Below, piece by piece: positions 59,763-64,000 of a stretch of 64,000 nt of DNA. Origin of the DNA: Candidatus Pacearchaeota archaeon (lineage in GTDB: Archaea > Nanobdellota > Nanobdellia > Pacearchaeales > GW2011-AR1). Under the pieces are notes generated by a model that was given only the letters and a program-made list of their open reading frames with translations, had not been told where the DNA came from and searched no databases. A program made the translations under genes and the position numbers. Numbering within the stretch: position 1 is the stretch's first letter; each line of letters begins with the position of its first letter. The stretch covers positions 77,817 through 141,816 of the forward strand of contig JAFCEJ010000003.1 of assembly GCA_017609175.1 (NCBI GenBank). Direction: 5' to 3'.

Positions 59763-60614
59763 ATGATAAGCATTATAATCCCCACATATAACGAGGAAAA
59801 AGACATATTAGATTGTTTAAAATCTTTAGAAAGGCAAACCTATAAGAATTTTGAAATAATTATTATTGATGACGGCTCCACGGACGAAACAATAAAGAAG
59901 ATAAGAGAATTCTCTAAAAAAGATAGAAAAATAAGAATATTAAATCAAAAACACAAAGGCCCTGGAGCAGCAAGGAATTTGGGGGCAAAATATGCAAAAG
60001 GGGAAATTCTTATTTTTGTTGATGCAGACATGACTTTTGATAAAGATTATATCAAAAATCTTATAAATCCTCTCGAGAAAAAAGAGATAATTGGAACTAC
60101 TCATGAAACAGAAATTGCAAAGAATATAAAAAACATCTGGAGCAATTGTTGGGGAAGAATAAGGGTTTCTAAAAAAGGTGCTAAAAAAGTTAAAATTTTT
60201 AGGGCAATTAAAAAAGATTTTTTTTTGAAGAGAGGTGGATTTGATCCAAAATATGGTTATGCGGATGATCAAACATTTTGGTTTAAATATAGAATAAAAC
60301 CGATTGTTGCAAAAAATACTATTTGCTATCATAAAAATCCAGAAACACTAAAATCTGTTTATAATCAAAGCAGATGGATTGGATCCTCTTCACTTTCTAG
60401 ATGGCTAAAAATACCAATTATAAACTGGCTCGTTGTGGGGGTCTTATTTGTTATCTCTCCCCCATTAATCATTATCTTAGCAATTAAAAAAACTCTTAAA
60501 ACAAAAAATTATAAAATCTTTTTCCCGTGGATGTTAATCTTTACCACTGTCCGTTATTTTGGAACATTAGCAGGTTACAAAAGAAAAATTTTAAGGGGGA
60601 TAAATTTTAGGTAA
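59763..60614 (+). CDS. GT2 glycosyltransferase with C-terminal TM
   Basis: It has MISIIIPTYNEE, IIIDDGSTDET and VDADM. The start was moved from the tracked 59613 to the ATG at 59763. Confidence 0.8.
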   Translation: MISIIIPTYNEEKDILDCLKSLERQTYKNFEIIIIDDGSTDETIKKIREFSKKDRKIRILNQKHKGPGAARNLGAKYAKGEILIFVDADMTFDKDYIKNLINPLEKKEIIGTTHETEIAKNIKNIWSNCWGRIRVSKKGAKKVKIFRAIKKDFFLKRGGFDPKYGYADDQTFWFKYRIKPIVAKNTICYHKNPETLKSVYNQSRWIGSSSLSRWLKIPIINWLVVGVLFVISPPLIIILAIKKTLKTKNYKIFFPWMLIFTTVRYFGTLAGYKRKILRGINFR

Positions 60615-60669
60615 GATATAAAAAAAGAATAATCCAAACAGATTTAAAGAAAAATTTTAACATAAGAAT

Positions 60670-62187
60670 CTAAAAAGATTTTTCTATTAGAATTTTTAAT
60701 AAATCTAAATCCCCTCTTCTGAGTCCTTTAATCAAAATCAAAATTCCAAGATAAGATCCTGCACCTAGAAGAATATCAATAATCCCATAAAAGATATTCA
60801 TATCCTTAACAAACAAATTATTAAATAAAATTAAGATAAATACCATCAATATTCCTGCAATAAAAGGTTTTAAAAAATCAGAATATATCATCCTTACCCC
60901 AAAAATTTTCTTAGAATTCTTCCATAATCCAATAAAATAAAAGGCCCTGCTTAGAATAGTCGCTATTGCCGCCCCAATAATTGCGAAAAGTAATGAAAAT
61001 CTCATAAGAAAAGATATTAGAATAAAATTTAAGAAAATATTAAGTACAGAACTCAAAATCAAAAATTTTACAAAAAAAGAAGGTTTTTCTTTTGCAGTAA
61101 AAAGACTAGACAAAATATCTGTAATGACTGTTAAAATTATTGCAATAGATAAAATAGAAAGGACTGGCGAAGAAGGCAAATAAGCATAACCGAAAAATGT
61201 TCTAATAATATATTTACTTAAGACTATTAAACCAAAAGATATCGGTATAGAAATCATAAAAGAGTATTTAATTGATTTCAAGAAAATTTGCCTTAATTGC
61301 TTTTTTGTTGTTTGAACAAAAACAGGAAATAAAACATTTGTGAATCCAATTAGAGCCGAAATACTAAAAACTAATCCAAAAGAGGCTCTGTAATAACCAA
61401 CATAAGATGCATCTGGAATAAGTGCTCCAATCATTAAGACATCTATATAACCAAATAACATTGATGAAAGTGCACCAATTGTTAAATAAGCCCTAAATTT
61501 AAATAATTTTTTTCTATCAAAATCAACAACTTCTTTTTTGAATAAAAATCCGTATTTTGATTTTGCAATATAAAGCAAAAACAGAATAATGATAAAAGAG
61601 GCTAATGCATAAACAAGAAATATTAAAGAAACTTTATCAAGAGGGAAAGTTATTTTAAGAACAAATAAGATAAAAAATAGTTTAAGTGATTGATAAATTA
61701 CTTCTTTTATTGCTAAAATTTTGACTTCTTTAAATATATAAAAAAATTGTTGTATAAATGGATCAAGAGAAAAAAACAGGGCATACAATGATGCAGCCAA
61801 TAAAGGAGAAAATAACATAGGTTTTTTAAAAATATAAAATGAAAGGGGGTAAGCCAATAATGCCAAGGATGCCCCAGTTAAAACAGAAAAAAGAATTTTT
61901 CTTTTTAACAAATAATTAAAATATGTAGCTGCTTTTTTCTTATTTTTTTCTTTAATCTCAAAGGCAACATATCTTGCAAAAGAACCACTCAATCCAAAAT
62001 CCATAATTGAAATAAATATCATTGTAATTGACATAACTAGACTGTATATCCCAAATAATTCTGGAAGCAAAAATCTTGCAAGGATAATAGTGAAGATTAA
62101 TGAAGCTCCTCTTTCTATCAACCTAGATAAGAAATTATAAGAAGTATTCTTTACTAAGGAAGTTTTAAGTTTTATACTATCTTTCAT
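60670..62187 (-). CDS. Oligosaccharide flippase (Wzx/MOP superfamily)
   Basis: It is 505 aa with 12-14 TM and the polysaccharide biosynthesis protein pattern. Confidence 0.75.
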   Translation of the reverse strand: MKDSIKLKTSLVKNTSYNFLSRLIERGASLIFTIILARFLLPELFGIYSLVMSITMIFISIMDFGLSGSFARYVAFEIKEKNKKKAATYFNYLLKRKILFSVLTGASLALLAYPLSFYIFKKPMLFSPLLAASLYALFFSLDPFIQQFFYIFKEVKILAIKEVIYQSLKLFFILFVLKITFPLDKVSLIFLVYALASFIIILFLLYIAKSKYGFLFKKEVVDFDRKKLFKFRAYLTIGALSSMLFGYIDVLMIGALIPDASYVGYYRASFGLVFSISALIGFTNVLFPVFVQTTKKQLRQIFLKSIKYSFMISIPISFGLIVLSKYIIRTFFGYAYLPSSPVLSILSIAIILTVITDILSSLFTAKEKPSFFVKFLILSSVLNIFLNFILISFLMRFSLLFAIIGAAIATILSRAFYFIGLWKNSKKIFGVRMIYSDFLKPFIAGILMVFILILFNNLFVKDMNIFYGIIDILLGAGSYLGILILIKGLRRGDLDLLKILIEKSF

Positions 62188-62255
62188 AAACAGATAAAAA
62201 GAAAGAGATTTTTAAATTTGATTAGTTTTATAAACTTTCTTTTTTAATTAAAAGA

Positions 62256-64000
62256 ATGGAGGAGATTAAGGAAGAGGGATTCTTTTTCAAAATTTTTGAC
62301 AAGATTTTAGATTACGTAATATCTTTAAAAGAAAATAAAACACACCTTTATCTTTGGATTATTGTCTTAATAGGACTTATCCTAAGGATTATTGCGATGA
62401 TAAATATTTCCTGGGATGGAGATTCCCCCCATTATATGATTCATGCTATTAACTTTACAAAATCAGGGTTATTAACATCATGGAATCAATCCGCAGGATT
62501 ATGGTATTTTTTAACAAGTATCATGTATTCTATTTTTGGATTTAGTTATATTACTGCAAGAATTCTAACTCTATTCGTAAGCACATTAACTATAATTGCA
62601 ATATTTTTATTTACAAAAGAATTTTTTAAAAATGAAAAAGCTGCACTAATTTCTGCTATGTTCTTTGCATTCTATTCTGGAAGCATTAAAATGACTATTG
62701 CATTTATGCATGCGATGGTTTTATTGTTGTTAATTATGGGGATGTATTACCTCTTAAAAGCAGAAAGAACAAACAAGAACCGATATTACCTCATTGCGTT
62801 CCTATATTTCGGGGTTTCTCAAATGTTAAAAGCATACACGGTTTTATTTTGTCCAGGAATTGTTTTGTTTATGATAGGGAATAAAATCATTATTGAAAAA
62901 AAAGATTATAGAGAAGTTATTAAAGACAAATTGCTCTGGAAAAGAATTTTTCTTTTTGGAGTTATAATGATTTTATCTTTTTCTCCAATAGCCATCTATA
63001 ATTATCTCCTTTACAAATACAATGGGCATGCAGATATGCAATTTACAAGAATGTTTGGACTTTATAATGAAAAGGCTGACAGGTTATTCTCATGGGATCC
63101 GGGGTACCACCAATCATTTAACCCCCTTAAACTATTTTGGAAAGGAAACTATGCAAATACACCTGATATAATTACCCTCATTTCATATTTTTTTGCGCTT
63201 GCCCCATTCATAACAATCCTATTCTTTTTCTCATTAATTTATTCTATTAAAAATATTCAGAAAAATCCCCTAATAAAAAAGTATCTTTTATATTGGGTTT
63301 TAGTATTATTGTTCCCCATGTTTTATCTCATATCAGTATTAACGCTTCCAAAGCAAATAATATTTTTCCCGGCATTTTTTATCCCATTAATATCCTATTC
63401 TCTTTTTAAGGATATAAGAATTACAAGAAAAAAATTTATTGGACTATTAATTATTTTCCTATTCTTTTGCTTATTTGCCCTTTCAATAACTTATAGGGTT
63501 CATGAGAATTTCTATTATAAAAAACCCAACATTCAATTATTTGATGTAGGAAAAAATATCCAAGAAAATAGCCTAGTTATTCAGGACCCAAGAATCTATG
63601 GGGGGTATGTTCTCTTATCTTTTTTTAAGGCCCCTATAATAACTCCCTATGAATTTCAGGAAATTATGAATTTAAATCAAAACCTTAGTGATCAAATATG
63701 GATTGATTTATACTTCATAAGAAAAATAGAAGATAAGGAATCTTCTCTAGAATTAGAAAATTATTTCAACGTATTAGAAAATCAAACAGAGGTAGTTAAA
63801 ATAATTTATGATAAAGATTTAGAGGTCCATTATTTAGAGAATGAAAATATTAGTAAAGGGACAATGAAATACACCCTTAAAGATCCTGTCCAATTTAATT
63901 TAGGCTATTGGAAATTTTATAACCCTTTTATAAGCCATCCAAAAGAAATTCCAGTATATAAAATTCATAAAACACAAATATCGTTTAGCAAATCATTGTT
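62256..64000 (+). CDS. Large polytopic membrane protein, GT-C-like glycosyltransferase candidate; 3' end outside the window
   Basis: The ORF runs from the ATG at 62256 to the window end with no stop in my reading. It has an N-terminal multi-TM domain with WDGDSPHY in the first loop and a soluble C-terminal region. It is not in the ORF track, probably because there is no stop inside the window. Confidence 0.5.
   Translation, partial: MEEIKEEGFFFKIFDKILDYVISLKENKTHLYLWIIVLIGLILRIIAMINISWDGDSPHYMIHAINFTKSGLLTSWNQSAGLWYFLTSIMYSIFGFSYITARILTLFVSTLTIIAIFLFTKEFFKNEKAALISAMFFAFYSGSIKMTIAFMHAMVLLLLIMGMYYLLKAERTNKNRYYLIAFLYFGVSQMLKAYTVLFCPGIVLFMIGNKIIIEKKDYREVIKDKLLWKRIFLFGVIMILSFSPIAIYNYLLYKYNGHADMQFTRMFGLYNEKADRLFSWDPGYHQSFNPLKLFWKGNYANTPDIITLISYFFALAPFITILFFFSLIYSIKNIQKNPLIKKYLLYWVLVLLFPMFYLISVLTLPKQIIFFPAFFIPLISYSLFKDIRITRKKFIGLLIIFLFFCLFALSITYRVHENFYYKKPNIQLFDVGKNIQENSLVIQDPRIYGGYVLLSFFKAPIITPYEFQEIMNLNQNLSDQIWIDLYFIRKIEDKESSLELENYFNVLENQTEVVKIIYDKDLEVHYLENENISKGTMKYTLKDPVQFNLGYWKFYNPFISHPKEIPVYKIHKTQISFSKSL

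Noticed and set aside
1-64000. CRISPR arrays, rRNA genes, IS elements and integrases.
   Set aside because: No regularly spaced direct repeats, no rRNA-like GC-rich blocks and no transposase or integrase-like ORFs were seen. The only GC-rich islands are the two tRNAs.

Overview
This is an AT-rich (about 30% GC by eye) archaeal chromosomal segment. The gene content and order suggest a DPANN-type archaeon; the evidence is eukaryote-like r-proteins (L37ae, L40e, S4e, L19e, L32e), the L37ae-rpoP-pfdB and L11-spt5-secE-ftsZ neighbourhoods, aIF5A, Taw1 and an aglB glycosylation cluster. Three blocks are present. (1) 1-7.5 kb is a cell-envelope module: a partial Thr/Ser-rich surface protein, two tandem membrane-anchored Cys proteins, a small archaeosortase/exosortase-like protein, a PAP2 phosphatase with a variant motif, and an acidic repeat surface protein with a C-terminal TM anchor. 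(2) 7.5-40 kb is the informational core: SepF, prefoldin beta, RpoP, L37ae, tRNA-Pro, L11, Spt5, SecE, FtsZ, FKBP, aIF5A, L40e, S2P protease, Taw1, L1-L10-P1, tRNA-Ser, AMP phosphorylase, an AI-2E transporter, the long L3-to-SecY ribosomal operon (23 genes plus SUI1), a DUF106 insertase, prefoldin alpha and an eIF2B-like protein. (3) 40.5-64 kb is a roughly 24 kb N-glycosylation island. It starts at aglB and holds a GPT (AglH-like), two Wzx-like flippases, seven GT2, one GT4 and two GT-C enzymes, UDP-xylose synthase, two radical SAM enzymes (one B12-binding, one SPASM), a carbamoyltransferase and two SAM methyltransferases. One methyltransferase is broken by a G8 homopolymer frameshift, and there are two truncated gene remnants. 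No rRNA genes and no CRISPR array were seen. Several small genes that the >=60 aa ORF track cannot contain were found by eye (RpoP, L40e, a Zn-ribbon peptide, a Lys-rich peptide).
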